From: the human T2T-CHM13v2.0 reference genome, Homo sapiens
Assembly (NCBI RefSeq): GCF_009914755.1
Contig: NC_060935.1
Direction: 5' to 3' (one strand)
DNA: 64,000 nucleotides
Under the pieces are notes generated by a model. It searched no databases. It was not told the origin of the DNA and saw nothing but the letters and a program-made list of their open reading frames with translations. Below are positions 14,216 to 26,935 of this stretch, piece by piece; position 1 is the first letter of the stretch, and each line of letters begins with the position of its first letter. The position numbers and the translations under genes were made by a program.

Positions 14216-14495
14216 TCATGCCTGTAATCCCAGCACGTGGGGAGGCCAAGGCGGTAGGATCACTTGAGCCCAAGAGTTTGAGACCAGCCTGGGCAACATA
14301 ACAAGACCCCATCTCTACAAAATAAATTAGCTGGACATGATGGCATGTGCTTGTGGTCCCAGCTACTCAGGAGGCTGAAGTGGGAGGGTCACTTGGGACT
14401 AGGAGCTTGAAGCTGCAGTGAGCTGTGATTACACCACTGCACTCTAGCCTGGGTGACAGAAGCAAGACCCCGTCTCACAAGAACAACAACAATAA
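14216..14495 (+). mobile_element. AluJ, 5'-truncated
   Basis: J-type arms; TSD aagattcat (14211-14219, 14496-14504). Confidence 0.92.
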
Positions 14496-14814
14496 AAGAT
14501 TCATTCAACATTTGGAGGACTTTTAGAAAAATATGTATTTGGAAAGGAGGCAATAAGAAGTTAGGGAATGAGAATGGCTAGAAATTTTGTGTCCTTAGGC
14601 AATTTGTAGAAATTTAAAATTTTCAGTGAGCAGTGAAATTCTGCTTTCTTTAGCAAAATTGTTTTGTTTTGAGCTTTCCCCCAACTTCCTAGTTAAAACT
14701 GTGAACATTTTGAAACTGTGAATATTTCAAGACATATTCTTGAAATTTGAAATGTGTCTTGTTATTGTAAAAGCTGAGAAAAATCTTCATTCCTTGGTTC
14801 ATAAGTACGTGTGC

Positions 14815-14940
14815 TTGATTGATACAGTGTTCCTTATATATCCTTCCTAGTTTCCACTATGAGTTCAGTTTTTGTTTTGATTGATACAGTGTTCCTTATA
14901 TATCCTTCCTAGTTTCCACTATGAGTTCAGTTTTTGTTTT
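14815..14940. repeat. Perfect 62-bp tandem duplication (2 copies)
   Basis: ttgattgatacagtgttccttatatatccttcctagtttccactatgagttcagtttttgtt at 14815-14876 and 14877-14938. Confidence 0.97.
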
Positions 14941-16709
14941 TTAATCTGGCAGCAGCAGAATTTTTAAAAAGAGACTCTTTTACCATTTGAGCCATACTTT
15001 CTATCACATTGTCTTAACATTCCTATGGAGATTGTCTTGCTCTCTGGGAAATAAGCTATTTTAGGGGTTATTAGAGAACTAGATATACTTTATTTCTGAT
15101 TCCTTGTGTTACCCCAGGCTCTGATAAAACTGTATTTTAGTAGCAGTTTATACACTTCCTCTCTGATTGTATTTTTAGCACATAAAGAGTCCTTAAAAAT
15201 TCCTTTATAAGTAAGTGTTCCTTTCTTAAATAAATGCCTTAGTGCCTCCTAAACTGGAGTAACCAAGGGAACCAAGGTGTTCTCCTCTCCCTGAACTAAT
15301 CTGATATCTTTGCTTCGTCACCTGGATTAATTTGCTGCCACGAAAGCTGTGCAGATGGTGGTAGACTTCCAGAATTGTTTCAGAAGGATGAGGTGACTCA
15401 GATTCTTCCAGTGAGGTGCTCTGTGTGCACTTGGCCTGGAGGAACATTTAGATTTCAACTCCTTTCCAGGAACCAGTAACAGCAAATCATACTAGTTACC
15501 CAATGTCCAGATTGCAGGTATCTCTGAAACCCAGGTGACTGAAATCTCCCAAGGTGGATCAGATAAAGGCATCCTAGCAGGCAAACACTAGACAGATCCA
15601 GGTTTCTACCCTCTTGCTGGCCAGATGAGGAATCCACTCTACAGAGCATGAAGGGGACTCTGTTTTTATCATGATACTGTCAAGTCAGTGCCTTTTAAGG
15701 TTTTCTTCTTAATATCTTAGAAGGGTTGACCCATAAAGACCACAACAGAAAGGGGCTATGAGAGGCTAAACTTGTTTTAAGGTGAAACTCAATTGTTCTA
15801 GCTGCCAGATACCAACCTTGTACTATCTCTGCTTAGGCTTAAAGCCAGGTGATTTTATTAGATAGGAAAATTCTTTAAGGAGGTACTACAAGAGGGTAGT
15901 GGGGGCAAACTATGTTAACAAGAGAAAGCCAGGGAGATGGAGATTGACTTTGAACAGTTACGGGATATTTTCGAGAGAATGAGTTTTTTTTATTCCCCAT
16001 TGTGATGGAGGCTCCGGTATGCTAAAGACTGGAGCTGCAGTAGTGAGGGGGAAGGCAAGCACAGTTCTTGAAGAGATTCTTAGAATTATGCCTTTTCACT
16101 TCATACATCTCTTAAACACCGACAACACTGACTACAACATAGTAAGTGTTCTATAAATATTTGTTGAGGGGTAACATGAATAAATATTAAGAATGAATTT
16201 TCTAAGCTTTTCAGCACTTGTACCTTTGCTTCAGTTCATGCATTTACTGTAGTTTGCCTGTGTAACTTTGGGTTGATTTGAGAGGAAATGCCCTTGATTA
16301 CATAAATGTAACTAGTCAAGACCGATCAGACTGAAATCTAATGTAGGCACCTAATTTAATGAGGAGAGAAAAAATTACCCAAACAAGAGCATGTGTAATT
16401 ATGCTAAATTTCATGACTTTGGGGTCATAAATGGATTTTTCTTGATGTTCATCTGACACGTATTAATTCCAGTTGTTGCTGACTATTAAGCAGCGGCTTG
16501 TAGGGTCCTTTATAATAAGAGGACATTAATTCCTGTTAAATTATGATGAGCCTCCTGCAGCATCATACATTTCATTCATATGGATGTCACTAATAAGGAG
16601 ACAATAAAAGACGAGGAGGATCAAAAGGAAGCTTTTGCTGCAGAAATTGATGGGGAATGAAACTTCCCAGCCCATGAGGCAAAGTGGTGGCAAAGAGCTT
16701 TAAAATGGG

Positions 16710-17103
16710 TGTGTCAGTCAGCTGGGCTGCTGTAACAGAATACCACAGAATGGGTGGCTTAAACAACAAACCTTTATTTTCTCATCATTCTAGAGGCTGG
16801 AGAGTTCAAGATAAAGATTCCAGCAGTGTTCAGTTTCTGGTGAGGGCTCTCCTTCTGGCTGCTAGATGGCTGCTTTGTCCTCATGTGGCCTTTCCACTGA
16901 TCACATGCGAAGACCAGCATGAGAGATCTGAGGTGTCTCTTTTCCTAAGGACACTAATCCTATCAGACCAAGACCCCACTCTTATGACCTCATGTAACCT
17001 TAACTACCTCCTCATAATTCCAAATGTAGCCACAAAGTGGGGTTAGGGCTTCAACATATGAGTTTGGCAGGGGTGTAGGGAGGGTATCATTTGGTCCATA
17101 GCA
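16710..17103 (-). mobile_element. MLT1A-like MaLR solo LTR
   Basis: gggctgctgtaacagaataccacagaatgggtggcttaaacaac...ggttagggcttcaacatatgag...gtccatagca. Confidence 0.9.
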
Positions 17104-17117
17104 GGGGGATAGCTTCG

Positions 17118-17312
17118 TGTTTGAACTCCAGTTCTTTCTCAACTCAGCTTCTTGACTCTGGCCTGTTGCTTAGGCTCTCCGAGCCTTAGTTCCCCCACCT
17201 GAAGCATGGGAGCAGTAATCACAGCCTGGGTTGGAAGATGACACTGAATTAAATAAGTGTATGAAACACCTCACTTAAGGCAGGGCACAGAGTGAACACT
17301 CACCAAATGCCA
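17118..17312 (+). mobile_element. MIR
   Basis: ctctccgagccttagttcccccacctgaagcatggg...ggcacagagtgaacactcaccaaatg. Confidence 0.65.
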
Positions 17313-17968
17313 GCCCTCACTGGGATTTTGTCCTTCTTTGCCTGTTCAGGCTGGGTTCCAGGTTTGCAAGGACATTTCTGATGTTGGGACTCCTCTTAGT
17401 GATAAGTGGATCATATTCTGGGAGAGCAGAAAAATCTTCAGAAGCATGGATCAAATATGGAACATGTGCCTATGTGAATAAGTGGTGATGTTGAGAAAAT
17501 GAGAGGATTAGAAAGCATATGAACTCCTATGGAAATTACGGCATAGCGATGCAAAGGAAGGCATTTTTAATGATTTGAGTAAATGAGAGAGTGACCTTGA
17601 TTCTGTTCTTTCAAATTATAGGATTAGGTGAAGGGCTTGCTTTGATGAGAAAATAAAATGGAATAATTTTCGGCAAAAGTTCGTTTTAAAATTATGTCCA
17701 TATTTAAATATTTTTCTTTAATAATCCTGTCAACTATTAATGAATTAAACATTACGTATAGAAGTGTTGTTTTTATTTCTTCTGCTGCAAATAAGTCTCA
17801 TGAGGAAAGACTATACATCTTCTCTGGGCTTTCTTCTCGTGATATTTAAAATTAAGTTCCTCTAGCCAAGTGTTATATATAATTCTTATTCATGATTTTA
17901 GCACAGATGTTAATAAATGTCACCACAGTATATTTGCTTTCTTTGTTAACCTGAATCAATGAAGCTTT

Positions 17969-18012
17969 CGTGTGTGTGTGTGTGTCGTGTGTGTGTGTGT
18001 GTATGTGTGTAT
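17969..18012. repeat. (TG)n microsatellite, interrupted
   Basis: Direct reading. Confidence 0.9.
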
Positions 18013-19012
18013 ATAAACACACGAGTAGAGCCTGAACAGCAACACTTTTAAAGAGATAAGCATATTTTTCTCCCTTTGTACTTGAGAAAAAAGATGTCAT
18101 CCTGTGTCGTTCCAGCTGCATTTCAATACATTTGTAAATTTTCGTTAAATACGCTGCTTGTGCCCTGTGTATTAAGCCTTCTAATGAGCTAATATCAGCC
18201 CTCCACTACAGTTTATCTGTGGAATTTCCTCAGCTCAGCAAATGCATAATCTTTCATTCATTCATCCTGTAGAGCACTTGTCAGTTGGTGCTATTTAATG
18301 TGACAGGAGGAGGAAAAAAAGCTGTGTTTTAAAGTGCTGTCAAATTATTATCATTTTTTTGGTCCCAGTCCTTGTATTTGGTATTCAAAAGAAACCCTTT
18401 ATTTTAGGGCATTGAGCACAAAATTAGATCAGTTCCATAAGATAATGACCATATTTCACAGTTAGAAGCCAGCATGATTGCAGGGTAGTGCTTACAACTT
18501 AGAGTTGTTTCTTGTTGTTCCTAGAAGTGAACTTGTAGATTTATTTTTCTTTTGTGTTTTGCCAGCCTCAGACAGCATTCTATACAAGTGGTTGGGAAAA
18601 CAGAACTTTAATTTTTCTGAATTCAGTGTAGTGGAGTGGACATAATCTTTTTGACTACTAAAGTGTCCTGATGTGTTGGGTTTTTTTGACTCATTTGTAA
18701 GAAGAAGTAAATAAGAAGTATACATTGTTCAATCCTGGGAAAAGAAAAAAATGCATGAGATGAACAAGGGTCAAAAATGTAAGGAATTTTAAAAAGAGTT
18801 TACTTTTTACATTTCTTTTACCTGAGGGTGTTTTTAGGATTATGACTATACCTGCTATGTGTGTGGTGGTTGGTGATTTTTTTTTAAATCATCAGATGTG
18901 CTGCAGCTGTGGAATTCTACAAATCCAGAAGTCCTTTGTGCTATTTTCTGCACTGCCTTTCTCACCTGCATGCTATGTAGCCACTTAAAAGTTCACTTGA
19001 ATTTTTTTATAG

Positions 19013-19084
19013 GTGTGTGTGTGTGTATGTGTCTGTGTGTATGTGTGTGCACGCGAGTGAGAGAGACGGAGAGAGAGAGAGAGA
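19013..19084. repeat. Compound (TG)n-(AG)n microsatellite
   Basis: Direct reading. Confidence 0.9.
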
Positions 19085-19767
19085 CCATAAAAATAAAATT
19101 CAAGTACAGTGGGGAGCGGGGAGAGAGAGTAATTACTCTGGGACCATTTTGGTTTGTGGAAGGGTGGAGCTTTAACCTTGCTTCTGAGACATCTGAGAGA
19201 TTATGATGCGATGCCCTACTGCTGGACATATAATCTGACAATGTCTTTGTTGAGTCAACTTGAAGCCCAAGAGACATTCCCCAGTTTTTCCATTAGGGGG
19301 TCCTTATTTTTGCTGCTGTACATTGTTGTGTCCTTTTTTTTTGCTTTTTGTTTTTAGCTAACAAGTAAGCTTAGTAGCTAATGAGAAGAGGGAGTGAGTT
19401 TACGGAATAATTTTCCAGATCAGTTTCTGGCCCAGACTTCAACTGCAACCAGCATGATTTCAGAGATGCCAGGTCCTTATTTGCTCATTGACCTCCCTGG
19501 CCTCCCTGCCAGAACCAGGCAAAATAAACAATAAATAAAAAATATGGCTCCTTTCCTGCCATTTTCTTGGAATATAATCTTGGGGACATAAGCCAAAGCT
19601 CTAATAAGGAAAAATAAACCTTATGGGGTGGAAATTTTTATATATCATACTCAATTTTATTTTTATTTTGAACATTAGGTACTGTTGGTTTATGGGACAA
19701 CTTCAAATGCATACATCAAAGGTCTTAAAGGTGTGGAGTCTCTTAGGCAAGGAAACAGGGTAAAATG

Positions 19768-19908
19768 TATATAATATATATATAAATATATATAAATATA
19801 TGAGAACTATATAGATTATATATATTATATATAAAAATATATATATTATTTATATATTATATATTATATATATAAATTATATATATATATAATATATATA
19901 TAAATATA
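19768..19908. repeat. (TA)n-rich low-complexity tract
   Basis: About 140 bp of almost pure A/T. Confidence 0.92.
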
Positions 19909-20171
19909 TGAGAGATGATAAAATCAGTGAAGGCCTCTAGGCAAGTTAGACTGACCTTACTTTTCTAGGAAAAAAGTTAAAGGTAATGTTTTTTGAGCCC
20001 TGCCATGTTAGTGTCACCTGCTAGGCATTGTAGGAATTTCAAAGTCTCATTAGACCAAAATCTAGTAGGGAATTATGTAAAATACTATGGTGTAAGAGCA
20101 GTGTCGAGTGCCCAGAGAAGTACAGATGCATTTTCATGAGAGGTAAGTGTGGGGAGAGATTGTGTCTAGTT

Positions 20172-20320
20172 CATTGCTTCTGAAAGTGTGTCTACATACC
20201 CACCACTTGTAAGAAATACAATTTCACAGGGCTCACCTGAACCTTTTCTCAGGGCAAGACCCAGGAATCTGTATTTTGACAAGCCTTCTGGTGACACTGA
20301 AAAACACTGGCTGTGTTTCG
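20172..20320. mobile_element. MER5-family hAT-Charlie MITE, degenerate
   Basis: gacccaggaatctgtattttgacaagccttctggtgac...aaaacactg. Confidence 0.6.
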
Positions 20321-20589
20321 CATGGAAGGAGAGAATCCAGGGATTCTCAGAGGAGGTGGTGATTAAGTTGGGTGGGAGGGGCCGACAGAATAGGAGTAGG
20401 CCCTGCAGGAAAGCAAAGTTCGCAAAGTCATTAAGTTGCCACCTATTTTAGTGCCTCCAACTCTTACAATGAAAGATTTATTTTTTCTGAATCTAAATTC
20501 ATCGTGTCTTCTCAAAAGCCTGTTTCCTCTGTTTGCATTCTCGGTGGAATTGTGAATCATGGTGATCATATTTTGTATAATAGCCTTTG

Positions 20590-20780
20590 CCATATTTCAA
20601 GGAGGATATTAAGTTCCCCACAGTCTTTTCTTCCCCATGCTAATTAATCTTCATTCATCAGCCTTTTCTCTTACATTCCAACCCTTTCATCATTTTCATT
20701 GCTCTTGTCTGGGCTTTCCCTAAATTTTTCAGATTTCTCCAAAGATATAAAGAACCAAACTAAACCTGGTGCTGTGTTGA
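20590..20780 (-). mobile_element. L3/CR1 LINE fragment
   Basis: ccctttcatcattttcattgctcttgtctgggctttccctaaattttt...gaaccaaactaaac resembles reverse-complement CR1 RT 3' region. Confidence 0.55.
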
Positions 20781-20827
20781 TATCTTTACCTCTGCAGGAG
20801 TAGATGGGCATCTTATCCCCCACATGT

Positions 20828-21130
20828 TATTATTATTATTTATTATTTTTTGAGATGGAGTCTCGCTCTGTCGCCAGGCTGGAGCGTAGTGGTGTGATCT
20901 AGGCTCACTGCAATCTTTGCCTTCTGGGTTCAAGCAGTTCTCCTGCCTCATCCTCCTGAGTAGCTGGGATTACAGGTGCGTGCCACCACACCCAGCTAAT
21001 TTTTGTATTTTTAGTAGAGACAGTGTTTCACCATGTTGGCCAGGATGGTCTCAATCTCCTGACCTCGTGATCCACCCACCTCAGCCTCCCAAAGTGCTGG
21101 GATTACAGGCATGAGCCACCAGACCCGGCC
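20828..21130 (-). mobile_element. AluSc with (TTA)n tail
   Basis: ctgtcgccaggct and ggccaggatggtctcaatctcctgacctcgtgatcc diagnostics. Confidence 0.93.
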
Positions 21131-21436
21131 TATTTTTTTTTTTTTTTTTTTTTTTTTTGAGAGTTTACCTAGTGAAGTCGCAGAATGTATAGTAGGATTT
21201 GTAACCTGTTACCCTTCAACTCATGGAAGATTGGAGATTGTTCACATTCACATGGGATTCTTAGATCTATATAGGTACCAACCATTGTCTGGAGACTCCA
21301 TAACTATTATGATTCCCACATAGATACATTTTTTTCTAACATATTTAGCTGTAATAAGAATTAGCAAAATTCAAAATCTGTAATTTTATCTTCTTATGTT
21401 TTCTCAACAAAGAGTAAAAGTCCAACTATGATGGTG

Positions 21437-21439
<3 letters not shown>

Positions 21440-21490
<51 letters not shown>

Positions 21491-21561
21491 TATATATATA
21501 TATACACATATATATATATATACACACACATATATATATATATATATACACATATATATAT
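21440..21561. repeat. (TA)n/(CA) microsatellite at the L1MC tail
   Basis: Direct reading. Confidence 0.93.
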
Positions 21562-21990
21562 TTAATGTAAGACTTTATATTTTTAGAGAAGTTCTGTGTT
21601 CACAGCAAAACAGAGAGGTAAGCAGAGATTTCCCATATACCCCCCTACACACACATGCACAGCCTTCCCTATAGTCGATATCCCCACCACCAGAGTGGTA
21701 TGGTTATTAGAACTGACAAACCTACATTGACACATCATAGTCATCCAACTCCTACAGTTTCCATTAGGGCTCACCCTTGGTATTGGACATTCTGTGGGTT
21801 TGGACAAATGTATAGTGACATTTATCCACCATTATAGTATTCAGACTATTTTCACTGAGCTAAAAATCCTGTATTTGGCCTGTTCTTCCTTCTACACCCC
21901 AACCCCTGTCAATCACTGATCTTCTTACAGTTTCCATAATTTTGCCTTTTTCATATGTCATATGGATGAAATCATATTCTATACAATTTT
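21562..21990 (-). mobile_element. L1MC1/2-type 3' end
   Basis: gactttatatttttagagaagtt...ttcacagcaaaa...cctacattgacacatcat...cattagggctcacccttggt...tgtgggtttggacaaatgtat. Confidence 0.85.
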
Positions 21991-23521
21991 TAATGTCAAC
22001 AAAGGAACCCTTCTGTGTTTGAAAACATGTTTGTTGAAGCATCAGGCCAGACAAGTGGGGCCCATGATCATCTATAAAATAGGGAGAATAGCATTCCTCT
22101 TTCCTGAAATTTACTGTGCTGATAAGGTGTTATATATAAAAGAACGTAGTAGGTGTTTAGCAAATGGTGGTTATTATTTACATGTTGAGTATTCTGTCTC
22201 ATATGTACCTTTTAATCATCATGATCATTTGTTCAAAGAGCCCTAGTTTATTTAGATAACACCTGTCAAATGGGGTCACATTTTTCTCCAACTACACCTC
22301 TGTGTTCTTATCATTTTCTTGTTTTTCTGTTTCTGTGGGAAGGGGATAAAGGAAAGGTTCAGTTTTGAGAGCTTCCTCTGTCTGAATTGGCTTTCCCTAT
22401 GCTGGATCTTGCCATAAGAGGCCCCTTCATACTCAACTGAATGTCTAGAATTTCAGCTTTCCCTGCTTGAACGACAAGCCATAAAAAAGGAAATAGTATC
22501 GGGGTGGGTTTGCTGAACAGCACAAAGTTGAAAATTTAAGACACTTTTCTATATAATCATTTGAGCTTTCACCAAGAATATTATTTCCATATATGTTGAC
22601 AGGCGGGAGAGGAAAGTTTCTTAGCAGAACTGAGATGAAGGCATGGCTGGTCTCAGTGAGTCCTCTCACGAAACAGACACAGTTTTATTGGTCCAATTCT
22701 GCCCCTAATTCTGGGATCTGTGCATGCATGTTGGTGATGCTGGCACAGGTTATCCTTCCAGGAGTTGCTATAGAAACAGGTAACAGCCACACCCACTTTC
22801 TCTGTCTGTTTTGCATTTTGCGTGTGGAGGTCTGGCGGTGCTGCCTTATGCGCCCTTCTTTGGTGGGTTGCTGCTTGGTTAATGATGCTCAGTCCTTAGG
22901 ATTTTCTCTTGTTTGGCATACTGAGATATAATTTCCTATCCTTGTCACTTTTGGCTTCACTCCTTAGGCTTTGCTTTGAGTTATCTTGCTAACAAAATTC
23001 ACATGTCTAAAAACAAGCTGAGAGAGATCACGGACACCTGCCCCTTATCCCCACCCAATTCATGATTGAGGAACTAGAACCTTTCATGAAACCACAACTG
23101 CTCCAGAAACTAGAGAACAATTGACAGTTTGATGCTTAAAAAGAGAACTAGAAAAATACCCCACGGATTTGGTGATCTGGTCAATACAGAGTACTTTAAG
23201 TCAATTAGAAAGTTATACTTCCTAGGTCATTCTTCTTTTGCCAAGCTCAGTCATTGGTGGCTTTCCATTGCAAAATAAAATGTAGTTACTTTTGTAAAAT
23301 TTTAAATGTAGTCTGTCATTTCTTATTTTACTTTTTTAAAGCATTGCATTAGTTTTGTATTTCTCCACTACCTCTGCCTAGGAGAAATACAACACATGGG
23401 CTTGGATGATTTTCTTTCTTGGAAACATGGTTGACAAAGCTATACAATAAAAGGATAATTTTCTCAGCAGAACAAAACACACTACCCTCTTGTCACTGGG
23501 CTTTTAAAAATCTGAAGAATA

Positions 23522-23816
<295 letters not shown>

Positions 23817-24642
23817 TTCTGAAGAATACACTTACTTAGATACATTTGGCTTGTATTTTAATATTTCTGCAGTGACATCGCTGCTTCAGGACCTTCTGAA
23901 TTGAAAAATACCAAACTTTCTTGCCCTGATGTGCTGGGAAAAGAAAAATAGATTTTCCTGCCAATTTCAGTGTGGATAGCCATGGTGCTTGTTTAACTTG
24001 TTCTCTTTATAAGTTACAAACCTAGAATAATCCTGCCATTTCAGAAATTAAAATGTGTTCTCGTTTGATCTAGTTTATTCAGCAGTGAGTGCTGAGGACA
24101 TTCCACAGATTGATCAGCCTCTTCATTTGTTATATGCCTTGGGTATTACATTCCTAGATGTTTGTGTGTTCTTGGCATGTCTGAATAAGGATGGGCATGG
24201 AGTCAGGATCCTTGGAGTGGGAACAGATGCTTCAGGCCATTAGCTAATCTGTCCTCCTGCATCACTGGAGCAGCAGGATTGCATTTGATTCACCTCATGT
24301 TGGCCATCGTTTCGGAAATGTGGGGCCTTATTAGACTGTACTCTACCTCTATGCTTCAGATGCCAGTGGCTGTGGTTTAAGAAGACACTAGATTGCTGTG
24401 GTTGGAAAAATAACATTTGTAGTGTTGGAAAGGACAGTAGGCATAAATCCATTTGCCAGCAGATGGTTCAAAGCATCTGACACCTAGGACTAATTTTGCA
24501 GGGTTTCCCTGTTACTAGCTTTGCAACGTGCAAATGGGGACCTGAAATGTACTTTATTATAGCTCCTACCACCCCAAAGTTGATAAATGTGTGAATAATT
24601 GTATTAGAAAAAGTACCAATCTTTTAGCATAAGCATTTTTGC

Positions 24643-24785
24643 TTTTTTTTTTTTTTTTTTTTTTTAAGAGATTAGGTGTCTGTGTAGCCTAGGCTGACCT
24701 CAAACTTCTGGACTTAATGGATGTTGACTTCATCCTTAGCCTCCCAGGTAGCTGGACCTACAAGCAAGTGCCACCATGCCTGGCT
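24643..24785 (-). mobile_element. FLAM (monomeric Alu)
   Basis: Poly-T followed by a single ~125-bp Alu-like arm ending ccaccatgcctggct. Confidence 0.8.
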
Positions 24786-24886
24786 ATCTTTTGTTTTGTT
24801 TTAAACCCTGTTCCACGTGATTCAGAGCCAACCATCTCCACACAGGCAGTCTCCTGGAAGCCTAAAAAAAAAAAAAAAAAAAAAAA

Positions 24887-25224
<338 letters not shown>

Positions 25225-25256
25225 TCAATGATAATTAATTTATATGACACTCAAGT

Positions 25257-25338
25257 TAGTGTATTTTATACATTGTTCTCTAATTGGGAAAATGGATAGT
25301 GTATTTTACACATTTTTCTCTAATTGGGAAAATGGATA
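25257..25338. repeat. 40-bp tandem duplication (2 copies, 2 mismatches)
   Basis: tagtgtattttatacattgttctctaattgggaaaatgga / tagtgtattttacacatttttctctaattgggaaaatgga. Confidence 0.95.
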
Positions 25339-26119
25339 TGATGTTTTCTTAAGCGCATCTAAGAAACCACTTGAAGAGCCACTTGGTTCAGATTATTTCC
25401 AAACTCTGTCAGTGCTTTATCGACTAAACAGCTCTGACTTACTTGGGATGTGAAAACAGTTCAAATAGAAAGCCAGTCCTTGGAAAGCAGTTAACATCTA
25501 AGTAATGAGATTTTAGTGGGGCGTGAGGTCACCTGTGAGATGCCCTTGTGTAGCAGGTTCCAGTTAAGAGGGTGAACGCAGACAGAAATTGGTGGGACTC
25601 TTTGGATGGCTCCTCTAGCATCCTTTACAGATGCAGATCTGTCCACATCCTGCTGGGAAAGATTGATGCATTTGACCTTTGGTTGGAGCAGATGATGATG
25701 AGCACCAGGACAGATGTGGGAAGTTAGGCAGTATCCTAGGGCATTTCGCCAGGGCAGCTTGGATGTGTGCTTTGGAAAATACCAGTCAGACAGGACAAAA
25801 TCAGGGCCAGAGTAGAAGAATAAAGGATAATGAAGGTATTGAGGCAACTGTTTGATTCTATAAGCTCTCCTTTTGGGTTTAGAGGTGAATTTCTACACGT
25901 CACTGTTTTTGCATAACCTGCTGTTTTGATAGTTCTTAAGAATCCATGGTGATTTTGTTGTGGTTCATTTCCTATTTTAAAAATGCTAACCTATTATGCA
26001 AGTTTTTTCTAAATCACAGCTGTGGGGAAGAGTTCACTGTCAACTGGTAACAGGGTTGTGTTTCTTATTAGATAACTAAACTCATTACAGGGAATCTATT
26101 TTAAATTGTACACACTCTC

Positions 26120-26490
26120 AAATTCAATATAATATGTATTGGATGCCTCTTAGGTGCATTGCTGAGTTATGGGGATAACAAAATGAGAAGATATGGTCTC
26201 TGTCCTCTTGAAACATATTATGTAGTCAGAAGGCAGGTGTATAAACCAATAAATACAAAGTAGTGTAATCAGTGATTGTAGCCACAGAAATATGCTTAAG
26301 GTAAATAATAAGCCTGGGAGAGGTCATTGTTTTCATTCCTAGAGAAGGAGTGTATGAATCAGGGAAATCTTCAGAGGGGAAGTGATATCTGAAGCCATTT
26401 GACAGGTGGATCAGAACTCAATAGAAAGGGAAAAAATACACAATGGAAAATATACTGGGCAGAGCCATAGCATGGGCAAAGTTTCATAGG
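26120..26490 (-). mobile_element. L2 fragment
   Basis: attcaatataatatgtattggatgcct...ggggataacaaaatgagaagatatggtctctgtcctc. Confidence 0.7.
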
Positions 26491-26809
26491 TGGGAATTTT
26501 TTTAGTCTTAAACCACTCTTGATGAGAGAAAATTGACTAACCAAACATTTAAAAGTAAAACAAAACAACAAAACACATTAAGTAATAGACCCTGACTTTC
26601 CTGATTATTAACACAGAACCATTGCAGCTCACTGTGGATCTCCAAGTGATGGTTGTCCTTAAGCTCAGGTGAGAACTATTCTCCTTAAACTTAGGAGAGG
26701 ACAGTAGCAGTAGATATAGAAGGTGCTTTACCCCTAAACCAGCAGGTGCTTAATGAATTCCTGTTGAGTTAATGGGGGTGGAGGGGTAGCAGGGATGATT
26801 TTCAGGTGG

Positions 26810-26935
26810 GAATTCTAGTCTCCTCACTGATTGGGAATGTGAACTTAAGCAAGTCACTTGTTGAAGTCCCACTTGCCTCTTGATCAAAATGAGTTTTTGT
26901 ATGTAGATTATCTAAATTCTCTTCCAACTCTATTC
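26810..26935 (+). mobile_element. MIR3-like fragment
   Basis: tgtgaacttaagcaagtcactt...aaaatgag...tagattatctaaattctcttccaactcta. Confidence 0.6.

Noticed and set aside
21131-21163. T26-GAGAG directly after the AluSc as a second, ultra-truncated Alu
   Set aside because: Too short to assign and no TSD found; may be an expanded A/T target run, like the A23 at 24864-24886
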